From NCBI GenBank assembly GCA_038891615.1, contig JAWADY010000003.1, forward strand, positions 1-64,000: DNA of 64,000 nt. The letters are read 5' to 3'. This DNA is from Candidatus Woesearchaeota archaeon. GTDB taxonomy: Archaea > Nanobdellota > Nanobdellia > Woesearchaeales > ARS49. Shown here piece by piece: positions 46,364 through 56,705 of this stretch. The notes beneath the pieces were generated by a model, which was not told where the DNA came from, made no database searches, and saw only the letters and a list, made by a program, of their open reading frames with translations. A program made the position numbers and the translations under genes. Each line of letters begins with the position of its first letter. The stretch's first letter is position 1.

Positions 46364-47635
46364 TCAGAGCTGTTCTCCACTTATTATGTTTACTCGACTT
46401 TCCTCAGCACTAGTGCTGTTATACCTTGCAATGATGTGTACAATTCCTGTTCTTTCTGCAATTTTTACGAGCTCTTTGTCAACACTGCCGTCAAGCACCA
46501 CCGCATAAACTCCTTTTCCAAGAGAGTTTAAAGTGGTGTTTAGTTCAGTGATTGGAACTTTGCCAAGAATGTTCATGTTGTTGTCGAGGATGAATGCGCC
46601 GTGAGTACCTATAAGGTCATCAAGCATTTGCCTAAATTTTTCCAGCTCTTGTTCACCAAGCTTTGTTTGAGGGATTGTTTCTATGTTTTTTGGCTGCAAA
46701 GGTGCCTTGACTGATTGTGCCAATGTAGGCTTTAATTGTAGCTGGCCCATTATTGGCGCTAACGTTTGCTTCCTTATCGCATTTCGCGTGTCGTTTGCTG
46801 GAAGTGCAAGCTCTAACCTCGCCTGTTCGGCTGTTATTTTTCCACGCAAAGCCTTATGAATTTCCTTTTTCGTGAGTTCCTCAACCTCCTTTCCATCAGG
46901 CGCACGTGCTACATAATCTACGTCTGCAACATTAAGAAGCTCCTTCACTATAAGACTTCCTCCCCTATCGCCATCTACAAACGCCACAAGTTCTTTTTTC
47001 CTGCTTAGCTCTATGATTGTTTTTGGGCAACTTGTGCCATTCATTGCTATTACATTCTTAAAGCCATGCTTCAGAAGGTTTAGAACATCTGCTCTGCCTT
47101 CAACAACAATTATCTCATCAGACTCGTCTATTGCAGAACCAGCAGGGAGCCTGTCAACACCATATTCCTGAATCTCCATCATCCTGACAGAGTGTGCAAC
47201 CTCGTCAGCAATCTCTTGACTGTCTGGAAGGACGTTGTCCATCAGCGTCTTGAGCAGCTCTTTTGCCCTTTCAATAATAAAGTTCCTCTTTGAAACTCTG
47301 ACATCCTCAATATTTTGTATCTTTACTCTGGCATTGCATGGGCCTATTCTTTGGATTACTTCAAGCGATGCAGCAATTATTGAAGTTTCTGCCTTATCAA
47401 GAGAGCTTGGAATGATTATCGTCCCAACAGTTTTGCCAGACCTTGTGTCAACGTTAACTTCGATTCGTCCAATCCTGCCAGAACGTTGGAGCTCTCTCAG
47501 CTCAAGCTCAGGGCCAAGAAGGCCTTCTGTTTGGCCAAAGATAGCGCCTATGACATCTGGTCTATCCACAACGCCATCGATTTCGATTGTTGAGTGTATG
47601 ATGTACTTTGATGAAACAGGGCTGATTTTGCCCAT
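46364..47635 (-). CDS. dnaG: archaeal DnaG-like protein (TOPRIM)
   Basis: DVIGAIFGQTEGLLG, GRIGRI, VEGRADV, DGDRGG, EVEEL. Confidence 0.96.
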   Translation of the reverse strand: MGKISPVSSKYIIHSTIEIDGVVDRPDVIGAIFGQTEGLLGPELELRELQRSGRIGRIEVNVDTRSGKTVGTIIIPSSLDKAETSIIAASLEVIQRIGPCNARVKIQNIEDVRVSKRNFIIERAKELLKTLMDNVLPDSQEIADEVAHSVRMMEIQEYGVDRLPAGSAIDESDEIIVVEGRADVLNLLKHGFKNVIAMNGTSCPKTIIELSRKKELVAFVDGDRGGSLIVKELLNVADVDYVARAPDGKEVEELTKKEIHKALRGKITAEQARLELALPANDTRNAIRKQTLAPIMGQLQLKPTLAQSVKAPLQPKNIETIPQTKLGEQELEKFRQMLDDLIGTHGAFILDNNMNILGKVPITELNTTLNSLGKGVYAVVLDGSVDKELVKIAERTGIVHIIARYNSTSAEESRVNIISGEQL

Positions 47636-47889
47636 TGGAATCCCTCCTCATAAGCTTTTATAGGTAGAACGAGCCAGCACTACACCCTAACCTTGTTTAT
47701 CTTATGAGACTTTTCATTTTTCCTGAACTAGGTGAACAAATGAACATCATGCGGCTATTCTACCATTACCCCTTCATATGTTTTGTAGCCCGGCACTAAC
47801 CCCCGGGTTCATTGCTTGGTTTTACCGTATGCTCCCCAAGGTGCTTTCTGTGGCGGGCTTCTCCTCCTCAACACATTCAAATATTTAAA
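47636..47889 (-). promoter_or_regulatory. dnaG promoter and ~225-nt structured 5' leader
   Basis: TTTAAATA at 47889-47882; stems AGCCCGCCAC/GTGCCGGGCT and GGTAGAATAGCCGCA/TGCTGGCTCGTTCTACC; SD GAGGAGG. Confidence 0.55.
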
Positions 47890-47943
47890 TCTTTGCCTGT
47901 GCCTTGATTAAGCTTTAAAAAGCAGCCTTCCAATCCTCTTGGA

Positions 47944-48663
47944 ATGCCACGTATTCCACGGGAAAGATGGAAAACGCTTAAATGGGTTTTCGACCTTTTT
48001 ACAGAGCAGGTGCTGTTCAAACTAATCTCTAAGGGAATTTTTGATGGACTTGAGAGCCCGCTTCAAATGGGTAAAGAGGCAAACATCTTCACTGCCCTAA
48101 CCTCTACAGGAGAGCGTGTGATTGTAAAAATCTATAGGCTCACTACTGCTGATTTTAAGAAAATGTATCAGTATCTTGCCACAGACCCAAGATATGCTGG
48201 GCTGCGAAAGAACCGTCGAAAGGTCATTTTTGCTTGGGCCCAGCGTGAATACAGAAATCTCCTCAAAGCGTATGAAGCAGGGGTTCCAGTTCCAAAACCA
48301 AAAGCACAACTCTTTAATGTTCTGGTGATGGCTTTCGTTGGAGATTTAGAACCAGCTCCGATGCTTAAGGACTGCCCGCCAAAATATCCCCGAAAGTTTT
48401 TTAATGAATTAGTGATGTCATTAAAAAAGCTCTATAAGGCAGGTTTGGTGCATGGCGACCTTTCAGCATTCAACATACTAAATCACAATGAAAAGCCTGT
48501 TTTTATAGATATGTCGCAAGCAACAACTCTGATGGACCCAAATGCACGTACATATCTTAAAAGAGACATAGCAAATCTCGCTCGCTTTTTCAAAAAGGTT
48601 GGATTGCGCATTGAAGAAGAGGCTTTAATAAAAAAGATAATGCAGGAAGCGCCTGAGGAGTAA
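47944..48663 (+). CDS. rio1: RIO1 serine/threonine kinase
   Basis: GKEANIF, VKIY, WAQREYRNL, HGDLSAFNIL, IDMSQ. Confidence 0.94.
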   Translation: MPRIPRERWKTLKWVFDLFTEQVLFKLISKGIFDGLESPLQMGKEANIFTALTSTGERVIVKIYRLTTADFKKMYQYLATDPRYAGLRKNRRKVIFAWAQREYRNLLKAYEAGVPVPKPKAQLFNVLVMAFVGDLEPAPMLKDCPPKYPRKFFNELVMSLKKLYKAGLVHGDLSAFNILNHNEKPVFIDMSQATTLMDPNARTYLKRDIANLARFFKKVGLRIEEEALIKKIMQEAPEE

Positions 48664-48664
48664 A

Positions 48665-49213
48665 ATGACTGAGGAAGTAGAATATCATTATGAACTTAAA
48701 ATAGCGAAAGATAGAATTGCTGTCCTAATTGGAAAAGGAGGAGAAACAAAAAGAAGACTTGAAAAATTGACTGGAACAAAGATAGATGTTAGTTCGCAGG
48801 AAGGCGATGTCATGCTTTCTGGCAAGGATCCGATCGGTCTATATTCAGCAAAAGAGATTGTAACCGCGATTGGAAGGGGATTTAATCCAGATGTTGCTAA
48901 ACAGCTTGTTAAACAGGACTATGGCTTTGAAATAATTAACCTTGGTGAACTTGCAACAACAAAAGACCAGCTGAATAGGCTAAGGGGGAGAGTGATAGGG
49001 GAAGGGGGCAAAGGTCGAAAGACCATTGAAAGGCTAACAGATTCGAACATTGCTGTCTATGGCAAAACAATTGGAATAATAGGTAGGGTTGAGATGCTGC
49101 CGCTCGCGCGCAGAGCAATAGAATCGTTATTAGCTGGTTCGAAGCATGCAACAGTTTATAAATGGTTGGAAAAGAGGGGTAAAGAACTAAAGATAAGAAG
49201 TTATGAGAGGTGA
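48665..49213 (+). CDS. KH-domain rRNA processing protein (Pno1/Dim2)
   Basis: [30 protein letters not shown]. Confidence 0.93.
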   Translation: MTEEVEYHYELKIAKDRIAVLIGKGGETKRRLEKLTGTKIDVSSQEGDVMLSGKDPIGLYSAKEIVTAIGRGFNPDVAKQLVKQDYGFEIINLGELATTKDQLNRLRGRVIGEGGKGRKTIERLTDSNIAVYGKTIGIIGRVEMLPLARRAIESLLAGSKHATVYKWLEKRGKELKIRSYER

Positions 49214-49215
49214 GT

Positions 49216-50856
49216 ATGGCAAAAGAAAAGGAAGAAAGTGGCCACCCGGTTGCTCTTGAGCTGGCAAAAAAACAAAGAGAGATTTCAGTAGCCGAATTCT
49301 TCGAGAGAAATAGGCACCTTCTTGGTTTTGATAACAAGAAGAAGGCACTACTTACCGTTGTTAAGGAAGCGGTAGACAATAGCCTCGATGCTTGCGAAGA
49401 AGCTAGGATTCTTCCTGATATTTCTGTTCAACTTATACAAATGTCTGAAGAGCGTTATAGGGTTATCGTTGAGGACAACGGACCTGGGATTGTCAAAACA
49501 CAGATACCTCTTGTGTTTGGGCGGCTGCTGTATGGAAGCAAATTCCATACAATGAGACAACAACGTGGCCAGCAGGGAATTGGCATCTCTGCCGCAGTTC
49601 TATACGGGCAACTAACAACAGGAAGAACCACCAAGATTCTCTCAAAAATCTCTCCAAAACAGCCCGCACATTACTATGAGCTTCAGATAGATACCACAAA
49701 GAATGAGCCTGTTGTTATTAAAGAAGAGGAGTTGGAATGGAAAAAAGAACACGGGACAAGAATAGAAATGGATATAGAAGCAAGCTATCAAAAGGGTGAG
49801 CAATCTGTTGATGCCTATTTAAAGGAAACAGCCATAGTAAATCCCCATGCAACGATTGTTTATACAAACCCCCGGGCAGAGCAATTGGTTTTCCCCAGAG
49901 CAACAGACCAGCTTCCAAGGATGCCCATCGAGATAAAGCCGCATCCTTATGGTGTTGAGACTGGGCTAATGCTAAAGATGCTCAAAAGCACACAATTTAG
50001 GACGCTCCAAGCCTTTCTAACAAATTCCTTCTCTAGGGTCGGGCCGGGAACAGCGAAAGAAATTTGTGCCAATGCAAGCTTACCAACCGATGCAAGGCCA
50101 ACCGAACTATCTCTTCCTGAGGTTGAGAGGTTAATTGATGGTATAAAGAAGACAAAGATAATTGCGCCTCCAACCGATTGCATTGTTCCAATAGGCAGTT
50201 CTTTGCTTGAGAAGGGGCTCCGCAAGGAGGTTTCTGCAGAGTTTTACACATCTGTGACAAGAAGCCCTGAAGTATATAGAGGAATTCCTTTTGTGGTTGA
50301 GTGTGCTTTTGCTTATGGAGGTGGTCAAGCAAGTGATCAGCCTGTCCGTCTTCTCCGTTTTGCAAATAGAGTTCCACTGCTCTATCAGCAGAGCGCGTGT
50401 GCAATATTCAAATCTGTTGTCATGACAAACTGGAAAATATATGGCCTTCAACAAAGCCCTGGAGCCTTGCCGATTGGCCCATTGACTATAGCTGTTCACC
50501 TTGCCTCAGTTTGGCCTCCCTTCACTTCAGAAGCCAAAGAGGCAATAGCACACTATCCTGAGATAATGAAGGAGGTAAAACTTGCTCTTCAGGAGTGTGG
50601 CAGAGAACTTGGGATTTATATAAACAAGAAGCGAAGAGTCGGGCTTGAGCAAGAACGCGTCAATATTTTTGAGCGTTATATTCCTGAAGTCGCGGCGTCT
50701 CTTGCAAAGCTTTCAGGTGAAAAAAAAGAGAAAATAGAAGAGCAAATGAAAAAGATGCTGAAAAAAAACAAGGAGTTCATAGCCGCACACCAGAGCGTTA
50801 CTGTGGTTGAAAAAGAGGATGGCGTTGAAATAAAAGGGTCTTTTGACGAGGATTAA
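49216..50856 (+). CDS. top6B: DNA topoisomerase VI subunit B
   Basis: [42 protein letters not shown]. Confidence 0.97.
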   Translation: MAKEKEESGHPVALELAKKQREISVAEFFERNRHLLGFDNKKKALLTVVKEAVDNSLDACEEARILPDISVQLIQMSEERYRVIVEDNGPGIVKTQIPLVFGRLLYGSKFHTMRQQRGQQGIGISAAVLYGQLTTGRTTKILSKISPKQPAHYYELQIDTTKNEPVVIKEEELEWKKEHGTRIEMDIEASYQKGEQSVDAYLKETAIVNPHATIVYTNPRAEQLVFPRATDQLPRMPIEIKPHPYGVETGLMLKMLKSTQFRTLQAFLTNSFSRVGPGTAKEICANASLPTDARPTELSLPEVERLIDGIKKTKIIAPPTDCIVPIGSSLLEKGLRKEVSAEFYTSVTRSPEVYRGIPFVVECAFAYGGGQASDQPVRLLRFANRVPLLYQQSACAIFKSVVMTNWKIYGLQQSPGALPIGPLTIAVHLASVWPPFTSEAKEAIAHYPEIMKEVKLALQECGRELGIYINKKRRVGLEQERVNIFERYIPEVAASLAKLSGEKKEKIEEQMKKMLKKNKEFIAAHQSVTVVEKEDGVEIKGSFDED

Positions 50857-50858
50857 AT

Positions 50859-51935
50859 ATGTCCGAAGCTGTGAAAAAGCTTACAGGGTTTGGGAAAAAG
50901 CTTGTTGACGAGATAGAGAAAGGACAACAGCCAAAGATAGTTGTACCTGTACGTGCGCTTAGCAACATAAGGTTTAATCAAAAAACAAAAACCCTCGAGC
51001 TTGGAAATAAAACAGCAGAAAGACAATTTTTCAATGTTGGGCATGCAAAGAGATTTATGCAGACTGTCGAAGTTGCAGCAATTTCAAAAGAGCTTCTTGA
51101 GACTGGAAAGCACGCATCATTAAGAGATGTTTTTTATATGGCAAAAAGGACAATTCCTGGAACAAACATAAACATTGTTGATGACCAGGTGGAGTCGGAC
51201 AAGGCAATAGAAGACCTAGAACTTATAACTGAACTTTCACGGGAGCAGCTCAACATAAATGCAAATAAGAACGGCTCGGTTGCGGGTAATGTTGTAATAG
51301 AAGACAAGGGAGACAGGATTGACTGGGCAAAAATGGGTTCAGGAGGATGGTCTATACCATCAAATGTTGAGGAAATAGTTTTCAAAAAAGTTGATGCAAG
51401 GTATGTTCTTTACATGGAAAAGGCAGCGGTTTGGGAGAGACTGCATGAGGACAAGTTCTGGGCAAAACACAACTGCATTATAATCTCATCTCAGGGACAG
51501 ACAACGAGAGGAATCCGTAGGCTTCTCCAGAGACTGAGCCTTGAACATGAACTTCCAATATATGTGCTTACTGATTTTGACAGCTGGGGTCACTACATCT
51601 ATTCTGTTATCAAGTTCGGCTCTATCAACCTTGCGCACATTTCTGAAAAGATGACCATTCCAACTGTTAAATTCTTAGGAATCACCTCAGGAGACATTGA
51701 AAAATATGGCTTAAAAAGGCATTTCATAAAGTTGAACGAACAGGATCTTGCAAGGCTTAAACAGATTTCTGCGTATGAATGGTTTGTCAAAAACAAGCAA
51801 TGGCAGCACGAGTTTGAGATGATGAAGCAGTATGGTGCAAAGGTTGAGATACAAGCCCTTTCTTCAAGGGGTATAAGTTTCATTTCAGAGAAGTATCTTC
51901 CAGAAAAGATAAAAAATCAAGATTGGATTGAGTGA
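50859..51935 (+). CDS. top6A: DNA topoisomerase VI subunit A
   Basis: SLRDVFY, DQ.ESD, EK, TDFD.WG..IY, EIQAL. Confidence 0.96.
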   Translation: MSEAVKKLTGFGKKLVDEIEKGQQPKIVVPVRALSNIRFNQKTKTLELGNKTAERQFFNVGHAKRFMQTVEVAAISKELLETGKHASLRDVFYMAKRTIPGTNINIVDDQVESDKAIEDLELITELSREQLNINANKNGSVAGNVVIEDKGDRIDWAKMGSGGWSIPSNVEEIVFKKVDARYVLYMEKAAVWERLHEDKFWAKHNCIIISSQGQTTRGIRRLLQRLSLEHELPIYVLTDFDSWGHYIYSVIKFGSINLAHISEKMTIPTVKFLGITSGDIEKYGLKRHFIKLNEQDLARLKQISAYEWFVKNKQWQHEFEMMKQYGAKVEIQALSSRGISFISEKYLPEKIKNQDWIE

Positions 51936-51974
51936 TAAGCTTGGTTCCGAAGGTGAAGGCTTGATTGGATAAAA

Positions 51975-52069
51975 CGGGCCTGCGAGGATTTGAACCCCGG
52001 ATCTTCTGCTCCCTTTCGTCATTCAGACGATAGAAGGCAGCCGCTCTATCCAGACTGAGCTACAGGCCC
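51975..52069 (-). tRNA. tRNA-Arg(UCU) with a 20-nt intron (52011-52030)
   Basis: GGGCCTG/CAGGCCC acceptor, CTGC-CTTCTA^A-GCAG, intron hairpin CGTC/GACG, GGTTCAAATCC. Confidence 0.92.
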
Positions 52070-52146
52070 TTGAGTCTTGAACATTTTTTTTCGTTTATAA
52101 ATATTGCTGGCAAAATTTTTAAACAATCAAATGGATGTACTTTTGT

Positions 52147-52219
52147 GCGGAGGTAGCCAAGCGGCTAAGGCGGCCGCCTGCAGAGCGGCTTATCAAGGGT
52201 TCGAGTCCCTTCCTCCGCT
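52147..52219 (+). tRNA. tRNA-Cys(GCA)
   Basis: GCGGAGG/CCTCCGC, GCCGC-CTGCAGA-GCGGC, U73 discriminator. Confidence 0.94.
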
Positions 52220-52367
52220 TTTCTCATTAATCTGTTAGTGGAGATTTGTCAGAATTTAAGCAGTTGTAAAGAAAGTAAGAATCTTTTATCTTGAACTGAC
52301 AGCCCTTAAAAGCTGCTTTGTGAGAATTGCTAAAAACCGCCTTAGACTATCTATGCTTAAAGCCCAT

Positions 52368-52652
52368 TTACCTCTTTTTAGCCCGACCTTTCTTTTCACC
52401 ACCCTTCTTTTGTCTTTTCATGAGCGGTGCCAATCTCTTTGCAATACGCTTGCTTTCTTGTGAGGCAAAGCTTGCAAAGTTTTTTGCTGTTGTTTTTGCT
52501 TCCTTCAGGAGTGCTGATGCGATTTTTCTCGCCATACGCTTGTCAACCCGCTGTCCTCTCACAAACCTTTTGAGCTCTGACTCGAGCCTGCGTTTTCCGA
52601 CTGTTGCTGCTCTCATAAGCAGCGAGAATGCCCTTCTCACCCTTCTTGCCAT
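52368..52652 (-). CDS. small very basic protein, phasin-like
   Basis: SD GAGGTGAT; amphipathic helices; follows the ABC1 kinase. Confidence 0.6.
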   Translation of the reverse strand: MARRVRRAFSLLMRAATVGKRRLESELKRFVRGQRVDKRMARKIASALLKEAKTTAKNFASFASQESKRIAKRLAPLMKRQKKGGEKKGRAKKR

Positions 52653-52675
52653 TTATATCACCTCAGCTTTTAATT

Positions 52676-54337
52676 TCAACTGCCATGTGGGTCGTATTTT
52701 GGATGCCCTTCCTTTAGCATTGAAAAAATCATGAGAGCTGTGAAAAGAAGCGCGCCAGAAAAACCTGCAATTGCAAAAATAGAAACCCCGCGGTACATTG
52801 GGCCTATATTGACTAAAAGTGCAGAGCTTAGAACCAGTGAAGATATCACAAGTGCATATGAAATCCTATTTGAACTTTTAGCGATGTCCAGCCCGACATG
52901 TTTTACATCAGGATGGCTCATCTCTATTTCAATCGTTCCACGTTTTATCTTTTGAACAAGTGTGTTCAGTCCTTTTGAAAATTCTTCAATAAAATCATCT
53001 ACTTCTGTTGCCCGCTTAAAAAGATATCTGCTTGATAACTTTTCCTTAACCCTGCTTTTCAGCAACGCATCGAGGTAAGGCCTTGTCTCCTTGACAAAAT
53101 CAAATTCTGGATAAAGCTGAAGGGCAGTCCCTTCTGCAGTCATTAGCGCTTTGGCAAAGAGTATTAGTTCTGTTGGAGGTTTTATTTTGTTTCTAATGGC
53201 GCTGTCCATGAGCTCTCTTAGCATATGCGTGAATCTTACTTGCCTCAAGGCTGTACCATGCCATTCAGAAATCACTTCACGAACCTCTTGCTTGAGCTCA
53301 TCAATGCGAGTTTCCTTGCTCGGACTCCCAACTTTTGTCAGGATATCAACAATTTTTCCAGCATCCCTCTCAAGCAGCGCAAACCAAAGCTGTGTGCTAT
53401 ACCTCTTTAGTTCTGGGTCAAGGCTTCCAACTATTCCAAAGTCAACTATTGCAATCCTTCCTTTTGGCAGCACAAGAATGTTTCCAGGATGAAGGTCTGC
53501 ATGAAATATGTCTGAATCAAAAACTTGCTTGATGAGTCCAGACACAAGCATTTTTGCAATTCTTTTCTTTTCAGCAGGAGATCCCTCAAACCTACTTAAA
53601 GGCTTACCTTCCAACAACTCAAGGGTTATGACACGCTTTGTGGTTCTTTCCCAAAAGACCTTTGGGATTATTATTTCTTTTGTGCGCTCAAATGCTGTGT
53701 AAAAGCGCTCAACATTTCTTCCTTCGATTATAAAATTTAATTCTCTTTTTGTATAGCGCTCAAACTCCTTGACTATTTCCTGTGGATTTAATGGCGCGAA
53801 TCGTGGGCTCTTTGCCATTCTTGCTGCAATATGATGCATCAATTCGATATCTGCTTCAAAAACTTTCTCAACATCAGGTCTCTGGACCTTCACAACAACG
53901 GCCTTTCCATCAGGAAGGATGGCGCGGTGAACCTGCGCAATTGATGCTGAACCAATTGGCTCGTGCTCAAACTTTTTGAAAAGTTGCTCAATTGGCTTAC
54001 CAAGTTCTGCTTGTATAATTCCTCGAACCTTTTCGAATGAAAAAGGTGTTACTCTATCTTGAAGCTTTGCGAGTTCTTCGCAATATGTCCTTGGAATGAG
54101 GTCTGGCCTTAGCGAAAGAAACTGGCCAAGTTTTACGAACGCGCCTCCGAGCTGCTCAAGGACCCTTCGAAACCTTTCGGGCCCTTTCGCACTTTCTGGA
54201 ATCTCGAACCAAAGAAAACGCTTTGTTATTGGAAGATGCAGTTTAAGCTCAAGTTCCTGGACAATCCAGCCAAGACCCTCTTTTGCAAGAGCATTAGCAA
54301 GCTGTGCAATCCTCTTAACATCTTGGGCTAATCCCAT
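52676..54337 (-). CDS. ABC1/AarF/UbiB-family atypical kinase
   Basis: KLGQ, ASIAQVHRA, VKVQRP, FHADLHPGN, DFG; two C-terminal TMs. Confidence 0.94.
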   Translation of the reverse strand: MGLAQDVKRIAQLANALAKEGLGWIVQELELKLHLPITKRFLWFEIPESAKGPERFRRVLEQLGGAFVKLGQFLSLRPDLIPRTYCEELAKLQDRVTPFSFEKVRGIIQAELGKPIEQLFKKFEHEPIGSASIAQVHRAILPDGKAVVVKVQRPDVEKVFEADIELMHHIAARMAKSPRFAPLNPQEIVKEFERYTKRELNFIIEGRNVERFYTAFERTKEIIIPKVFWERTTKRVITLELLEGKPLSRFEGSPAEKKRIAKMLVSGLIKQVFDSDIFHADLHPGNILVLPKGRIAIVDFGIVGSLDPELKRYSTQLWFALLERDAGKIVDILTKVGSPSKETRIDELKQEVREVISEWHGTALRQVRFTHMLRELMDSAIRNKIKPPTELILFAKALMTAEGTALQLYPEFDFVKETRPYLDALLKSRVKEKLSSRYLFKRATEVDDFIEEFSKGLNTLVQKIKRGTIEIEMSHPDVKHVGLDIAKSSNRISYALVISSLVLSSALLVNIGPMYRGVSIFAIAGFSGALLFTALMIFSMLKEGHPKYDPHGS

Positions 54338-54524
54338 TGCTAAAACCCCTTTTCTTTATTGGAGTGTTCTTGTGAATAAAAATCTTGCCAAGCCTTTAAC
54401 AAGTTTTATCAAACCTATTTTTGCATTATATAAAGTTTTTTCATATAATAAAGAAAAAGTGGTTCAAAAGCCCAACCCAAAGCAACGCAAAGTTTTTTAA
54501 ATTCTTTGCTTGAAAATTTGTTTG

Positions 54525-56705
54525 ATGTACGAACTGATAATCAGCGAAAAACCTGCAGCCGCAGAGAAGATTGCACTTGCGCTCGCAGACAAAAATGTCA
54601 AGAAGGAAAGCCGAAACGGCGTGCCTTATTTCATTTTGACACGCAAAGGACGAAAGATTGTTGTGGGTTGTGCTGCCGGGCATCTATTCGCGCTTGCTGA
54701 AAAGGTAAAAAGCAAGAGCTTGAGCTACCCTGTTTTTGACATAGAATGGTTACCTGTATTTCTTGTTGACAAATCTGCGAGGTTTACAAAGGCATATTAT
54801 GACGCGCTTAGGGCGCTTGCAAAAGGAGCAGAGATTTTCACAGTTGCAACAGACTATGACGTTGAAGGGGAGGTTATTGGATTGAATATCATAAGATATA
54901 TCTGCAACAGAAATGACGCTCGTAGGATGAAATTTTCTACGCTAACAAAGCCCGACCTTGTTGCTGCCTATGAAAGAGTGGAACCGCATCTTAACTGGGG
55001 AGATGCTGAGGCTGGTGAAACGAGGCATTTTCTTGATTATTACTATGGTATAAACATCTCGCGGGCGCTCATGTCTGCAATAAAATCTGCAGGAATGTTC
55101 AAGATACTTAGCACAGGCAGGGTTCAGGGTCCTGCACTTAAGATAGTTGTAGACAGAGAAAGAGAAATTGCAGCCTTCAAGCCAAAGCCTTACTGGGAGA
55201 TAGAGCTCGTCTGTTCTGTTGGTAAGTCAAGCATTTTTTCTGCTTGGCACATCAAAGACCCATTCTGGGAAGAGGCTGTTGCCCAAGAGGTCATGAAAAA
55301 GATAAAAGGCGCAAAAGAGGGGGTTGTCGTCGCTGTTGAAAAAAAGGACTTTGAGCACAAGCCTCCAACTCCTCTTGACCTAACAACACTTCAGACCGAG
55401 GCTCATAGGTGTTTTGGTATAAGCCCAAAATCAACGCTTGATATTGCCCAAGAGCTTTACATTGGGGGTTATATTTCCTATCCTAGAACTTCTTCGCAAA
55501 AGCTGCCTCAATCTATTGGCTATGAAAGAATAATTCGCGAACTCAGCAAGCAAAAAAACTATGCCGCAGCTGCTTCTGAGCTTCTAAAGTCCAAGAAGCT
55601 TTCACCTTGTGAAGGAATAAAAACAGACCCTGCTCACCCTGCAATCTATCCAACGGGGATAGCTCCAAAAGGGCTTGAGCCAAGGCATCAAAAAATTTAT
55701 GATTTGATTGTGAAGCGCTTTTTGGCAACTTTTGGAAAGCCTGCAAAGCGCCAAACCATTCTTCTTAAGCTTGATGTGAAGGGCGAACAATTTGTCGCAC
55801 GTGGAACAAGGACTGTCGATGAAGGCTGGTATCCACTTTATGCTCCTTACATAAAGCTGGAGGAAACAGACCTTCCTGCTTTTAATATAGGGGATTCGGT
55901 GAAAATAAAAAAGACTACACTACATGCAAAGCAAACAGCCCCTCCAAAAAGATACAATCCAAGCTCGCTTGTGCGTGAGCTTGAACGCAGGGGGCTTGGA
56001 ACAAAGGCTACGCGTTCTGAAATTGTTGAAACACTTTATAAAAGAAACTATATCAAAGGTGAGCAAATCAGGGCAACAGAGCTTGGAATGCACGCAATAG
56101 AAATTCTGGAGCGTTATTGCCCAAAAATAATCGACGAACAAATGACAAGACATTTTGAGCAGGATATGGATTCAATAAGCCGTGGAATAAAGAAAAAAGA
56201 GGAAGTCCTTGAGGAGGCAAGGACTTTCCTTGTTGGACTTCTGGAGGAATTCAGATCAAAAGAAAGGAAGATTGGAGAAGGTTTACTGGAGCATTTTATG
56301 GAAACGGAAGCTGGGCTGTTAAATGTTGGTATGTGCCCAGTTTGTAAGAAGGGAAGTCTTACAATTAGAAAGGGCAAATATGGTCGATTCATTGCCTGTG
56401 ATCGTTATCCTGACTGCAGAACAACTTTCAAGCTCCCGCCAACAGGAATGGTCGAGGTCTCAAAAGAGGTTTGTGGTGTTTGCGGTTATCCAATGATAAA
56501 GATTATAAAAAAAGGGAAAAAACCTGCTGAACTTTGCATAAACCTTGACTGCCCATCCAAGGCTGCTGTGGGAAAGTTCGCTGAAGGACATAGCTGTCCT
56601 TCATGCAAAGTTGGGAAGCTTGTCATAAGAAAATCAATTTATGGGAGTTTTATTGCTTGTACAAACTATCCAAAATGCAGATATGTCCAAAGGGGGCAAA
56701 AATGA
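54525..56705 (+). CDS. topA: type IA DNA topoisomerase with C4 zinc ribbons
   Basis: ISEKP, TDYDVEGE, STGRVQ, ISYPRT, HPAIYPT, LGTKATR. Confidence 0.96.
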   Translation: MYELIISEKPAAAEKIALALADKNVKKESRNGVPYFILTRKGRKIVVGCAAGHLFALAEKVKSKSLSYPVFDIEWLPVFLVDKSARFTKAYYDALRALAKGAEIFTVATDYDVEGEVIGLNIIRYICNRNDARRMKFSTLTKPDLVAAYERVEPHLNWGDAEAGETRHFLDYYYGINISRALMSAIKSAGMFKILSTGRVQGPALKIVVDREREIAAFKPKPYWEIELVCSVGKSSIFSAWHIKDPFWEEAVAQEVMKKIKGAKEGVVVAVEKKDFEHKPPTPLDLTTLQTEAHRCFGISPKSTLDIAQELYIGGYISYPRTSSQKLPQSIGYERIIRELSKQKNYAAAASELLKSKKLSPCEGIKTDPAHPAIYPTGIAPKGLEPRHQKIYDLIVKRFLATFGKPAKRQTILLKLDVKGEQFVARGTRTVDEGWYPLYAPYIKLEETDLPAFNIGDSVKIKKTTLHAKQTAPPKRYNPSSLVRELERRGLGTKATRSEIVETLYKRNYIKGEQIRATELGMHAIEILERYCPKIIDEQMTRHFEQDMDSISRGIKKKEEVLEEARTFLVGLLEEFRSKERKIGEGLLEHFMETEAGLLNVGMCPVCKKGSLTIRKGKYGRFIACDRYPDCRTTFKLPPTGMVEVSKEVCGVCGYPMIKIIKKGKKPAELCINLDCPSKAAVGKFAEGHSCPSCKVGKLVIRKSIYGSFIACTNYPKCRYVQRGQK

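Noticed and set aside
47636-47870. SRP RNA or 5S rRNA as the explanation for the dnaG upstream structure
   Set aside because: No SRP helix-8 motif (CAGG..GNRA..AGCA) or 5S conserved loops were recognisable.
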